Origin: Thermofilaceae archaeon
GTDB taxonomy: Archaea; Thermoproteota; Thermoprotei; Thermofilales; Thermofilaceae
Reading direction: 5' to 3'
NCBI GenBank assembly: GCA_038861545.1
Contig: JAWCCZ010000001.1
Location: 96,001-160,000, forward strand
DNA length: 64,000 nt
Shown: positions 20,811 to 30,782 of the stretch, one piece after another
Layout of the letters: every line of letters starts with the position of its first letter
Numbering within the stretch: the first letter of the stretch is position 1
Notes under the pieces: generated by a model
The model's database searches: none
The model's input: only the letters and a program-made list of their open reading frames with translations
Told to the model about the DNA's origin: nothing
Translations under genes and position numbers: made by a program

Positions 20811-21076
20811 ATGGAGTTCTACGAGCTGATTAAACAAAGGAGAAGTATACGAACTTACAAGCCAGGCCCCGTTGAAGAAGATAAGCTGCTGAGGATTCTG
20901 AAAACGTACTGGAAAGTTGATGTCGCAATTGCGATGGAGCATATTGTGTTAGCCGCAGCAAACGAGGGTCTTAGAACCTGCTGGATTGGGCTTTTGACGA
21001 GAAAGTTGTGAAGGAGGTGCTGGGGATTCCGGAGCACATACGCATTATCACCGTTACGCCTCTTGGTTATCCGGCT
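20811..21076 (+). pseudogene. Nitroreductase pseudogene
   Basis: RRSIRTY...LRIL fused directly to VDVAIAMEHIVLAA..GLRTCWIG, so the APSAGNRQPW segment is deleted; frameshift near 20990 into FDEKVVKEVLGIPEH..TPLGYP. Confidence 0.85.
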
Positions 21077-21107
21077 GGGGAAGGGGGTCTTGTCTTTGAT
21101 TGGAAAC

Positions 21108-21974
21108 ATGAGAATCGCGATATGCAATGAAGTTATTAGATCACCTTGGACCCACGTCGTAGCTGTAATCTCCGAGTTAGGTTACGAAGGTGTAGAAATA
21201 GCTCCGTATACCTTAGCCAATGACATTAGAGAGCTGAATCAATCTGAAAGAAGGAGAATAAGGGAAGAGGCCGAAAGCCACGGCTTGAATATATGCGGTT
21301 TACATTGGCTGCTTGTTTCTCCACCGGGTTTACACTTAACTCACCCAGATTCGCGCGTCAGAGAACGAACCGTTGCATACCTAGGTGAACTAGCTAGGCT
21401 CTGCAACGAGCTAGGTGGGAACGTGATGGTGCTTGGTTCGCCGAAGCAGCGTAGCACCTTGCCGGGACAAGGTAGGAATGAGGCATGGATGCTACTTAGG
21501 GAAGGTCTACGCAAAGCTTCTAGGTTAGCTGAGGATCACGGTGTTGTAATTGCACTTGAACCGCTAGCGCGTAATCTTACTGATATAATTAATTCTGTGA
21601 GAGAGGCTCTGAAGATGCTCGAAGAAGTTGGTTCACCGGCTCTGAAGATCAACCTTGACGTCTACAGCATGACCGATGAAGAAAGACCTTACATCGATAT
21701 AATTGAAGATGCCGGTTCTCATCTAGTTCACTTCCACGCGAACGACACGAACGGCCTCGCCCCAGGGACGGGGTCAGCCAACTACCTGGAGATACTGCTA
21801 GCTCTCAAGACTGTAGGATACAAGGGTTGGCTATCAGTTGAAATATTAACCCCTATAGACGACCCAGTGAGCGTAGCTAAAGCCGGGCTCATTAATCTCC
21901 GGGAACATATGTTTTTAGCAAACACGTATAGGGGAGGTTGCGATCCTGATAACAGTTTTCGAACCTTTAGGTAA
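21108..21974 (+). CDS. Sugar phosphate isomerase/epimerase (D-tagatose/psicose 3-epimerase-like TIM barrel)
   Basis: GYEGVEIAP, ALEPL, LDVYSM, HFHAND, PGTG, GYKGWLSVE; start ATG 21108. Confidence 0.88.
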   Translation: MRIAICNEVIRSPWTHVVAVISELGYEGVEIAPYTLANDIRELNQSERRRIREEAESHGLNICGLHWLLVSPPGLHLTHPDSRVRERTVAYLGELARLCNELGGNVMVLGSPKQRSTLPGQGRNEAWMLLREGLRKASRLAEDHGVVIALEPLARNLTDIINSVREALKMLEEVGSPALKINLDVYSMTDEERPYIDIIEDAGSHLVHFHANDTNGLAPGTGSANYLEILLALKTVGYKGWLSVEILTPIDDPVSVAKAGLINLREHMFLANTYRGGCDPDNSFRTFR

Positions 21975-22480
21975 CGAAAAGATCAACCCTCTCTCGATCA
22001 TAACCAGCCTTGCGGCTGAGAGGCTGCGTTAACTAGGCTACTAGGCGCGCAGCTACGTTGTCAGTTTCATTTTCATTCAGGAGGGCTAGGCCCGAGCTGA
22101 TCCACCTGCTGGAGGAACTTAGACCAAAAGTGTGCGTAGCTCTCGGCTTGAACACTAGGTAAACTTACGTTAGGGTTAAAAGAGTAGCGATCAAATCAAG
22201 AATGCGTCGGAACCCGACAGCGACGGTGAGTAACCCCTCGATGAACAGATAGATCCTTGCAATTCCCGCTTACTTCATTATGTTGCCTACCCGGAGGATT
22301 CTGGAGAGATTAAGGCATGAAAGCATCTCTGCATCTTTCCCACACAGCGGGAACCTACCTTTATAATTTCGTAGTGCATGCCCTGCTACGGTAGCGGATC
22401 AAATGGATTACCCTGCTAAAGCGGGCTTCAACCACCTACCCTACATGCCAGAGCTACAAGTCAGGGCGTGCTCATAACTG
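21937..22480 (+). pseudogene. pcp: Pyroglutamyl-peptidase I pseudogene
   Basis: Multi-frame translation: ILITVFEPLGNEKINP, ELRPKVCVALGL, VKRVAI, EPDSDGE*PLDEQI, AYFIMLP, AGTYLYN, AGFNHLPYMPE; several stops and frameshifts. Confidence 0.8.
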
Positions 22481-22693
22481 TCAAAGAACCCTTAAGGAAC
22501 TTTAGTGGTTCGTTAAAATGTTTTGCCTCTCGAAAACTCGAAGCTAACCCTCATACCGTCAGAAAAAGATTGGTTGCTTAACCTGGGCTTTTTAAAATTA
22601 AATACCCTCATCCATTCTAGAAATCTAGTTATTCCACGTTTGACTGTACCCCAATACAGTATGTTAATGAGAACTCATTATTATAACGGCGAA

Positions 22694-23221
22694 TTAACCG
22701 CGTTTCAAGCATAATGAAATAAACTCTTCAAGAGCTTTCTCACACTCTTTCAGTTTTTTCTCCACTTCTTCGCTTGCTCGCATTTCAAGCCAATCAGAGT
22801 TATGTACATGCTCGTACCATCTATTTAAAGCTTCTAATATTTCTTCTAATTCTTCAGCTTCTTCTTGAGTTAAATTACCTTTATCAATATTTTCTTTTAT
22901 TTCACTAAGGAATTCGTTACACTCCTCAAGTATCTCTTTATACTCTCTTTCTTTTATTGATGCCAACGCATTACGAAGCTGAGAGGTGTCAACTTCGCTA
23001 AGGGGTTTCCCCTCCAATACTATTGCTGTACCCCATTTCCTAATTTCGTCAAGCACTACGCTAAGAGTCTCCCGGACTTCTTTCGTATCAGGTAGTACGC
23101 AGAGGGAAAGACGCGGGTACATACCTCCCAACCTTCTTAATCTCCTCCAACACCCGACTTTGATCTTAGATGGCTTCTCCGGGATTTCGTAGAGAACAAC
23201 CAGGAGTTTCCACTCTTTCAT
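22694..23221 (-). CDS. ChrB N-terminal-domain-like regulator
   Basis: LLVVLYEIPEKPSKIKVGCWRRLRRLG..LCVLPD plus a helical REYKEILEEC..F..EI domain; start ATG 23221. Confidence 0.75.
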   Translation of the reverse strand: MKEWKLLVVLYEIPEKPSKIKVGCWRRLRRLGGMYPRLSLCVLPDTKEVRETLSVVLDEIRKWGTAIVLEGKPLSEVDTSQLRNALASIKEREYKEILEECNEFLSEIKENIDKGNLTQEEAEELEEILEALNRWYEHVHNSDWLEMRASEEVEKKLKECEKALEEFISLCLKRG

Positions 23222-23273
23222 GGCATATATCTTACGCTTCTTGCATAAGGGTTTGACGGTTGGAAAGAAAACC

Positions 23274-23302
23274 TTAAATAAAAACCTGTAACGAGCGTTA
23301 CA
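23274..23302 (+). promoter_or_regulatory. TATA box plus perfect palindromic operator TGTAACG-AG-CGTTACA
   Basis: TTAAATA at 23274-23280; 7-bp perfect inverted repeat at 23287-23302, between the TATA box and ATG 23310. Confidence 0.7.
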
Positions 23303-23309
23303 ACCTCTC

Positions 23310-24020
23310 ATGAAGCTACTAACACCGCAGGTCTTTGAGGCTTTAAAGAGCGCATTGACAATCGAGGTGCTAACCGATCTAGGTGAACTGGCTAAAACTG
23401 CCTCAATCCTGGATCAACACTTCGATAGATTAAAACTGCTAGGGCTTCTCGAGGCTAGACCTCTCACTGTGAACTTTCAATGCAGTGAAAGAGAGGTCCG
23501 TATCGGATGTGGCGACGGCGTAATGAGCGATTCCGAGATTGAAGCTATGAGGGAATACGGAGAGATCGTGTGCAGGACGAAAGAGGAAGTGCTTGCAAGC
23601 GATTTGGAACTTATCTTCGTGAAGGGGCTGAGTTTCGTGGAGGAAGAGAAGGTGGGAGATCTGCCGCGTGGTGTGCTGCCTGTTAGCACCCTGATCGAGC
23701 TTTCCTACCTGCCTCGGAGCAATACAGTAATCTTTCCCTACAAATTCACGCGATTAAGACTGGATGAGCATAGGGAGCTTCACTTCGTTTTAACAAAGAG
23801 CTTTTTGAAGAAGAAGCTGAGAGCTGTTCACCCAGTCTATGGCACTGTATACGTAGGAAACATTGCAGGCGTAGAAGTGAACATTAAAGAGCTCGTACAC
23901 TCAGGCTATCCTCAACTCGGTGTTGTTGTCTCTCGAAGTAAGCTTGGGAATAAGCTCAGTATTATGCGCGTTCTGGGAGACGATGACTTACGTGAACTTC
24001 TTTCATCCTTAGGTGATTAG
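23310..24020 (+). CDS. Hypothetical protein
   Basis: 236-aa ORF with its own promoter, overlapping the next gene; family not recognised. Confidence 0.65.
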   Translation: MKLLTPQVFEALKSALTIEVLTDLGELAKTASILDQHFDRLKLLGLLEARPLTVNFQCSEREVRIGCGDGVMSDSEIEAMREYGEIVCRTKEEVLASDLELIFVKGLSFVEEEKVGDLPRGVLPVSTLIELSYLPRSNTVIFPYKFTRLRLDEHRELHFVLTKSFLKKKLRAVHPVYGTVYVGNIAGVEVNIKELVHSGYPQLGVVVSRSKLGNKLSIMRVLGDDDLRELLSSLGD

Positions 24021-24963
24021 CGTGTCAGGGAGATTTCTAGCACTGGTAGATGTGGAGAGAATAATTGATTACGTTTTATCAAAGAGAGGTAACGATGGAG
24101 GATACCTATCTTTCCAGTACATGAATATGTTCGAGTCATCGGCCGAAGATACTTTCTATGCTCTCTCGATATTATCCGCGCTTGACATTGAACCGCCAGG
24201 CGCGGAGAATACCATTAATTTCCTGCAACACCTGCAAGATCCGGTGAAAGGGTATCGAAGCGTTGAAGTAGCCTATTACTCGGTATTAGCCTTAAGCACT
24301 CTTGGAGCCAAGCCTAGGGATCCTCAGGGCGCAGCCCGCCTCCTTGTCGAGGTTCTTGAAAAAATCCTTCGTGAGCAGAATGACCAGGCCTGGTTTGTTC
24401 TCGACGAGCAACTTCTCATTGATGAGAAAGGGGTCCTCCGTTCAAAAGATGCCACTTCCCTCCTTACGCCGGCGGATGTAACCCCACGGCTACACCGTTT
24501 ATCCATGATTGTGTGCTCGCTGAGCGCGCTCAATGAGTTTCTAAATGATCACGCTGATACCGTTGCGGAAGCGCTCCTTCAGCAGCGATGCGATGGTGGA
24601 GGCTTCGGCTATCCAGCACCACTGCTCGAGTCGACCTACTGGGCTATCAAAGGCTTGGAGGCTGTGGCTAGCTTAAAGCCTTTTCCCGAAACAATAAGAT
24701 GGGTTTTAATGTGTGAAAACGACGACGGGGGGTTTAGCACAACACCCCATTCAAGGAATTACTTCATCGAGAACATATACTACGGGCTCCAAACTCTCAG
24801 AACGCTAGGCTCGTTTCCAAGATATACAAGCAGCCACGTGAAGTACGTTTCTAGCCTTCAGAACGCGAACGGGGGATTCCGCCGCGCGCCTACACATGGT
24901 GCATCAAGCCTTGAATACACGTATTATGCCGTACATTCTATGAAACTCCTCAATCTTCTCTAG
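24013..24963 (+). CDS. Prenyltransferase/squalene-cyclase-repeat (alpha/alpha barrel) protein
   Basis: Repeats RGNDGGY, RCDGGGFG, CENDDGGFS and LQNANGGF, each followed by TFYA/TYWA/IYYG/TYYA. Confidence 0.85.
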   Translation: MISVSGRFLALVDVERIIDYVLSKRGNDGGYLSFQYMNMFESSAEDTFYALSILSALDIEPPGAENTINFLQHLQDPVKGYRSVEVAYYSVLALSTLGAKPRDPQGAARLLVEVLEKILREQNDQAWFVLDEQLLIDEKGVLRSKDATSLLTPADVTPRLHRLSMIVCSLSALNEFLNDHADTVAEALLQQRCDGGGFGYPAPLLESTYWAIKGLEAVASLKPFPETIRWVLMCENDDGGFSTTPHSRNYFIENIYYGLQTLRTLGSFPRYTSSHVKYVSSLQNANGGFRRAPTHGASSLEYTYYAVHSMKLLNLL

Positions 24964-25352
24964 AGTTCCCCTTTAATACAAAGGGGACATTAACGAAACC
25001 TAAGGTGCCGTTACCTCTCACTTAAACGAGGTCATGAACGTATCTCCAATGTCGACTGCAGCAATCACCGAATACTCTCCTCGCATATCCTCCCATAAAA
25101 ACGGTGGTAACACAAATGCCGCTGAGGCTATGAAAGCCGCTGCAACGCTATGCTCCAGCTTTAATCTTTTGAGTCAAAGCGACGTCAGAGATCCTTTAGG
25201 AGCGAGAGCAAGGCTGCTAGTACCTGAGGGGATGATGCCATAGCGTCGCTTAGCATAGCTACTCGACTCTATTATGGAGGGAGATTTTTCGGTAATATCG
25301 TAGAGCATGTATGTTACTCTCAGTTACTTGGAGTCGTCTAGTAAGCCTTAAA

Positions 25353-25961
25353 TCAACTTCTCAATAGACTTATGACAATTTCTTCGATACCTGAACGGAT
25401 CATAGTGACAGCGAAAACGGCTATTAGAAAAGCTAGGATTCTAGCCAACGCAAGCAAGGTGTTTCGACCGGCTTTTTCTAGGATTAAGTTACTTTTCAAA
25501 AGTATCGCGTAAGCGATCCCGGTATTTAAAGCAATACTGACAAGAGTTGGTAAAAGGCCATACGTGGAGTTAAGATAGATAACAGTATATATGCTGCCTG
25601 GGCCGGCTAGAAGAGGAGTAGCCATAGGGACTACGGCAATTTCCTCGCTTCTAAGCTGTTCGGCCTCTATACGACCCAGGGTTTCTCCCAACGCGATTAG
25701 TAAAAGTAGTATGCCTCCAGCTATCTTGAAATCGGTGAAGGAGGAGCCGTACCAAGAGAAAACATGGTAACCAGCTACAGCAAAAACTGTTAAAAGTATA
25801 GATGCTACAATCACAGATTTTGTGAATGCTTTAGCTCTTTCCTCGCTGGACATTTTCCCAGTAATACTGTAGAATAAGGGGATATTTCCCACTGAGTCAA
25901 GCACTACAAATAACATCGCAAAGGAATACCAGAAATCTTCTAGCGTTGAAAACATATACAA
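25353..25961 (-). CDS. MarC family membrane protein
   Basis: LFVVLDSVGNIP, FKIAGGILL, IAVVPMATPLLAGPGSI. Confidence 0.92.
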   Translation of the reverse strand: MYMFSTLEDFWYSFAMLFVVLDSVGNIPLFYSITGKMSSEERAKAFTKSVIVASILLTVFAVAGYHVFSWYGSSFTDFKIAGGILLLLIALGETLGRIEAEQLRSEEIAVVPMATPLLAGPGSIYTVIYLNSTYGLLPTLVSIALNTGIAYAILLKSNLILEKAGRNTLLALARILAFLIAVFAVTMIRSGIEEIVISLLRS

Positions 25962-26295
25962 GCCAGTTCGTTGTTCTCTGTTTTAAATTTTCTCTAATTA
26001 CGCTATACAAAACGTAGTATAGTATGAAGTATTTTACTGTGTGATATTATAATTGCAGCTTGGGTTTTTAGGTGTAAGGGTCATTGCAGTTAAAAGCGTT
26101 TCTTGGTTTTAAAGGCTTCTCCGAGTAAGCAGAAGAAAGAGGGTCTTTAAGAAGCCATGGTAGCCTCTACCATTTGATTTTACACGTTAATGAGATCAAT
26201 CTTTTCTCCTTTTTCGGTATCATTACCTTAAAGCGAGTACATTTCATCTATGGAATATTAGTTATTTTTAAAAGGCATGTCTTGCTATTTAACAA

Positions 26296-26904
26296 GTGGA
26301 GAGAAACCCCGCGAAACAGGTGGGTCGAGGCGTAATTTCACTTGTAGCATGGATTTTAGTTTACATAGTGACTTCAGCAATAATTTTTACAACAATCCCG
26401 GCTTTTATCCCACAAGTTGGCGCGGCTATCTCAGAATACTCAATGTACATGGGAGTTGGTTTAGCCCTGCTCTTCGGTTACATGATCGTGAAATCTATTG
26501 CCTCCATAACTTACTGGTCTCTGAGGATAAAATACCCGCACAGCACGGCAGCAGCTGTTAGAAGTTTGATCCAAGTACTCGGCATTGGCGCGCTCGCTGC
26601 TAGTATTGCCGGGGGGACCGCAGGCGGTGCGGCAGGCGTAGCTTTAGGTGGTTTCATGGGAATGGTCGTCGGTTTTGCAACTCAGCAGGTTCTTAACCAG
26701 GCCATCGCGGGATTGTTTGTGCTGCTGGTTAGGCCCATTAAAATCGGTGAGAGGGTAACTGTAGCTGGAGAAACCGGTATTGTTGAAGATATAGCAACAT
26801 TGTTTACTACCCTTAGAAAGGAGGACGGAACCCTTGCCCTAGTACCTAACAACATGCTGCTAGGTTCTAAGGTGTACGTACACGAACAAGTGCCACGAAC
26901 GTAG
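26296..26904 (+). CDS. Small-conductance mechanosensitive channel (MscS family)
   Basis: GFATQQVLNQAIAGL..L..RPIKIGERV, G.VEDI, VPNN. Confidence 0.88.
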   Translation: MERNPAKQVGRGVISLVAWILVYIVTSAIIFTTIPAFIPQVGAAISEYSMYMGVGLALLFGYMIVKSIASITYWSLRIKYPHSTAAAVRSLIQVLGIGALAASIAGGTAGGAAGVALGGFMGMVVGFATQQVLNQAIAGLFVLLVRPIKIGERVTVAGETGIVEDIATLFTTLRKEDGTLALVPNNMLLGSKVYVHEQVPRT

Positions 26905-26912
26905 AGTGATGC

Positions 26913-28694
26913 TCAGAAATCCATTGCATTCATTATCTGCTCCGGGAGCATTAATCCAAGCCCTTGAAGGGTGACTTTACTCAGCTCTACCTGTGCTCTT
27001 AAAAGTTCTCGAAATTCATCCATAGAGATGTAGGAGGTTGGTTCCAGTTGCCGCAGTCTCTCCTGGCTTATACCTGGCACTTCGGCAGGAACAAGAACTT
27101 TTTCGCCCCATATAGGGTGAGTTTTCCACTTTACAGAGTCCCTAGCTGCTTGAAGAAGGAATAATTCAGTTTCTTCAATTTTAGGGCTTGTGCCCCCCAC
27201 CGGTTTAAGGACTCCTCCACTTACTTCGAGAGCTGGCTCCGGTACTCGTAGTATTCTGTTATATATTTTAACTTCAGTCCACCGGTATTGAGCTATGATT
27301 CTACCCGTGGTATTAAGCATGTATACGTCTACTCTATGACCTCTTTTCTCCCATTTTTTAAGGAGCTCATAGAAACGTATAACGTGAGCATCGTCACCCA
27401 CGCCGACAGTAAACTCGGAGTATCTTGGTACAAACCTCACTCTACCTATGAGTTCCCTTGCTTGAGCAGGATGACCAACAGTTCTCCCATCGGCTAGGGC
27501 TTTAGCTATGAAAGCTGAATCATTCAACTTAACCCACGCATAGTCCGTAAAGTAACCAGGAGACAGAAAAACAGCCATATTGAGAGGTCCATCTGAGTCA
27601 ATTTGTCCATCGAAGTAACCGGTATCCTCTAAGTGTATCACAGACCTAGCGTTTCTATTTGGAGAATCAAAATAATGGAAAATTTCTCCCTTGAAACTCG
27701 GGTGTCCAGTTTCATCGAACTCCGTGTTTTCATGCAAAGCTCTTGAGCTTATGCAAGCATTCCACAATGCTTCCTGCTCAGGTGTCAGGTCCTCGGTTTT
27801 AACCCAAGCGCCTCTTTCGGAGCCGTATACCCTATCCTCGTCAATTGCTATAATATCATCATTTCTAATTTTCTGGTCTCTCACGTAATCTAGAGGATTT
27901 ACACCAAATTTCTCGATGTATACTCTTACGTTTCGCGGCGTCCATACGTAAAGACCGTGTGTGGTTTTTCCCGAGCCCGTTAAGCCCCATATAACCATCG
28001 TTACCCTTTTCCACTTCCCGGAGATCGTGAGAACATCAAATTCTCTCAGAGCAGCGTGTTCTCCAGTGCAGCCTTTTTTATATACGTGGTAGATCCAATG
28101 TCTTAAAGCACCTTTTTTGATCTCTCCTTGGTATGATGAAAGCGTTATGATTGTGAGATTATGGTTAGGGAAAACTAGTATGGCCATGAGCCTACTGGTT
28201 CCCGGTACGAGAGGGTTTCCAAGATAGTGCGGGATTACGAATAGCTCTACGTCCGGTTTCTCATCACTAGGCGCTGGAAAAACTAGCTTTTTCCAGCGGT
28301 AGGCTAAGTCAGGGAATTGGGGGTCAACATATACCGTCGTATGCATCTGAACTTTGCTACCAGGTCTTCCGTAGTAGCCGTCCACTTTTATGAGAGGTCC
28401 TTGCGCTAGAATATGTTCAAGAACTCGGCGCATAAGTAACTTGTGCTCCGGCTTCAACTCGTTTACATCGTTAACCACTACGGTGTTAGCGGCTGAACGG
28501 CTCCAGATGTTAGACGCCCAGCCTAACGCCTTATTCTTATAATGCGTAGCATACAACTTAGCTCTCTCCAAGAGATCTGGAGGATTATCGAGCAGTGGTA
28601 TCATTCCAGCTTTTGATTTGTATTCGATGATTCGCTTGAATGCACTCCTAAAGGCATCCGGGCTTAGCTCAGCTGTAGAGGGTATGAGGTTCAT
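26913..28694 (-). CDS. Phosphoenolpyruvate carboxykinase, divergent ATP-type
   Basis: YQGEIKKG, HAA, WGLTGSGKTT, RNDD, GSERGAWVKT, HENT, NARS, YMLNT. Confidence 0.8.
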   Translation of the reverse strand: MNLIPSTAELSPDAFRSAFKRIIEYKSKAGMIPLLDNPPDLLERAKLYATHYKNKALGWASNIWSRSAANTVVVNDVNELKPEHKLLMRRVLEHILAQGPLIKVDGYYGRPGSKVQMHTTVYVDPQFPDLAYRWKKLVFPAPSDEKPDVELFVIPHYLGNPLVPGTSRLMAILVFPNHNLTIITLSSYQGEIKKGALRHWIYHVYKKGCTGEHAALREFDVLTISGKWKRVTMVIWGLTGSGKTTHGLYVWTPRNVRVYIEKFGVNPLDYVRDQKIRNDDIIAIDEDRVYGSERGAWVKTEDLTPEQEALWNACISSRALHENTEFDETGHPSFKGEIFHYFDSPNRNARSVIHLEDTGYFDGQIDSDGPLNMAVFLSPGYFTDYAWVKLNDSAFIAKALADGRTVGHPAQARELIGRVRFVPRYSEFTVGVGDDAHVIRFYELLKKWEKRGHRVDVYMLNTTGRIIAQYRWTEVKIYNRILRVPEPALEVSGGVLKPVGGTSPKIEETELFLLQAARDSVKWKTHPIWGEKVLVPAEVPGISQERLRQLEPTSYISMDEFRELLRAQVELSKVTLQGLGLMLPEQIMNAMDF

Positions 28695-28744
28695 ACAGTC
28701 TCTAGTGAAATTGGAAAAGAGGAGTATTTAAATAAAATTTAACG

Positions 28745-30043
28745 CTACCAATGGCTACGGTATCGAAATCTCATGTAAAACACATACCAGGCCGCGCCAA
28801 ATAGAATTATTAATGAGCCGGCAGCTATAGCCCAAGCCCCTGTGCTCAGCATTAGAACAACGCTAGTGGCTAATCCAGTTAAAGCATGCAGGGGCCTAAG
28901 AGGAGCCTTAAACGGAGCCTCAATTTTCTTCCTGTAAAGTCTAAGGTCAGCTAAGTTGGTGAGAACGTGAGAGGCTAGGACTAGGAAACTGGTAAGTGTT
29001 GCAAGCCCTGAAACATCTACGGTTAACGCTAAGATTACCATTATGCATCCCGAGAAGAGAATGGAGTAAACGGGAGTTCTCAACCTTGGGTGCACCTTGG
29101 AGAGAATCACTGGTATCTCTTCGTTTCTAGCCATCGCGAAGAAAACCCTAGACTGTCCCATAGCAGATGTCAATACTACGCTGAATGTAGCAAGTAAACC
29201 ACCTATACCGATAATCCAGACGATTCCTAGATCTTTCGCTACCTCCCCTAAGGGGGCAGGGCTCTCACTAAGTCTTTCCCACCCAGCTATACCTACCGCT
29301 GTTATGGTTACAAATAAGTAGATGAGTGTAGACGTGCCCAAAGCAATAAGTATAGCTCGCGGAATGTTTTTCTCCGGATCCTTTACTTCTTCAGCCATGG
29401 TACTTATTCTCGGAAAGCCTATGTAAGCGAAATAGAATAAAGCAGCAGCGCTTACCATCGCTGCGGGACCTTTAGGTAGAAATGGTGAAAAGTTACTCGT
29501 TTTAACTTTGGGAAGCCCTATTATAGAAAACAGCATTAGCGTTAGTACTTTCCCCGCTACGATAACATTGTTAAACGAAACCGATAACTTTGCACCAGCT
29601 ACATTGAATATTACAACGATCAGTATTAAAAGCATGGATGATACCCTATAATTTAACCAAGGGACAAAAAGCGAAAGGTAGTAACCGAAGCCTAGGCTTC
29701 CAGTAGCGCCTAACACGATGTTACCGAAAACCCACATCCATCCCATGACGAAACCGGCCAAAGGATGCAGCAGCGTGTGCCCGTACTCGTATACACCACC
29801 AGCTTTCGGCAAAGCAGCACCCAGTTCAGAGAAGCTAAGTGCTGTAAAAGAAGCACTTAAACTCGATATAATTACTGATAATATAACGCTAGGACCGGTT
29901 ATTCCAGCCGCTATACCTACGAGGACAAAAATACCAGCACCGATTATTGCTCCTAAGCCGATAAATATCGAGTCAATTAAGCTAAGTTCTCTCTTCAATA
30001 CAGGCTTTGGAATGGTCGAATTCACAGAATACCCAGGAATCAA
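28745..30043 (-). CDS. APC-family amino acid permease
   Basis: GAIIGAGIF, ELGAALPKAGG.Y, FAYIGF, AEEVKDPEKNIPRAI. Confidence 0.92.
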   Translation of the reverse strand: MIPGYSVNSTIPKPVLKRELSLIDSIFIGLGAIIGAGIFVLVGIAAGITGPSVILSVIISSLSASFTALSFSELGAALPKAGGVYEYGHTLLHPLAGFVMGWMWVFGNIVLGATGSLGFGYYLSLFVPWLNYRVSSMLLILIVVIFNVAGAKLSVSFNNVIVAGKVLTLMLFSIIGLPKVKTSNFSPFLPKGPAAMVSAAALFYFAYIGFPRISTMAEEVKDPEKNIPRAILIALGTSTLIYLFVTITAVGIAGWERLSESPAPLGEVAKDLGIVWIIGIGGLLATFSVVLTSAMGQSRVFFAMARNEEIPVILSKVHPRLRTPVYSILFSGCIMVILALTVDVSGLATLTSFLVLASHVLTNLADLRLYRKKIEAPFKAPLRPLHALTGLATSVVLMLSTGAWAIAAGSLIILFGAAWYVFYMRFRYRSHW

Positions 30044-30329
30044 GTAGAATATAAAAAGTATAAGAGCTAATCCACGAACTTAATGAGTATCCTTGTGCTA
30101 GTCATACTTGAAAGTACAAGTAATTGGCTAGCACTCAGATAGTTTATCCTTATAAATCCTGTCTAACCATTAATTACTTACCTAACATCGACACCTTACA
30201 CGGCTTATGTATAAACTTGAGGTATACGAGTTTTATTTGTATTCAAATTTTTCGCTTGCCCGTACCATTATAAAAGATAAAAATTTATTAGATTAGATTA
30301 AAGAGCTCTGAGATAGTTAACGTTTAATC

Positions 30330-30782
30330 CTACTTTAGCTCAGCTGAGCCCCAGTGGTAGAACACCAGAGGTTTTTCATTCCTAAGCTTGTAGCCGTCAA
30401 TAACCTGCCCAATAACAAGCACATGGTCTCCTATTTCAAAAGTTTTCTCTAACTTACACTCGAGAACAGCAATAGCATCCGCTAGCACAGGCGCGGTGAT
30501 ACTCTTAGCTTCAAGCATCCTAATTGTGCCAACTTCAAACTTGTCGAGGTTCTACCCTGAAACTGAGCCGAAAACCCCATACGCAGCGCTTTCCAAGCTC
30601 TTGCCTACTATATTAACAGCGAACATAGCGACCATTAGGAGTGGAGGGTTTACTGAGATCCATGATACCCATGCAGCAGTCATTCCACCCCTTTTTCCAG
30701 GCTTATTTGGATCACCGGCAGTTACTATTGTAAGCGGCTGTGGTAGGGCGCTGAATGCTTCTTTAAAGTCCAGCTTTGTCAT
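30330..30782 (-). pseudogene. Flavin reductase-family pseudogene
   Basis: GGMTAAW..ISVNPPLL, FAVN, SG*NLDKF, APVL..AIAVLEC, GDH; in-frame TAG at 30552-30554 and an apparent deletion between VAM and FAVN. Confidence 0.85.

Noticed and set aside
25034-25320. Possible decayed membrane-protein gene on the minus strand and a 69-aa plus-strand ORF
   Set aside because: No family motif could be supported.
30552-30554. In-frame TAG in the flavin reductase (and TGA in uvdE) as pyrrolysine/selenocysteine or genetic-code recoding
   Set aside because: Interrupting stops are of all three types and co-occur with frameshifts and deletions; intact genes use TAG and TGA as normal stops.
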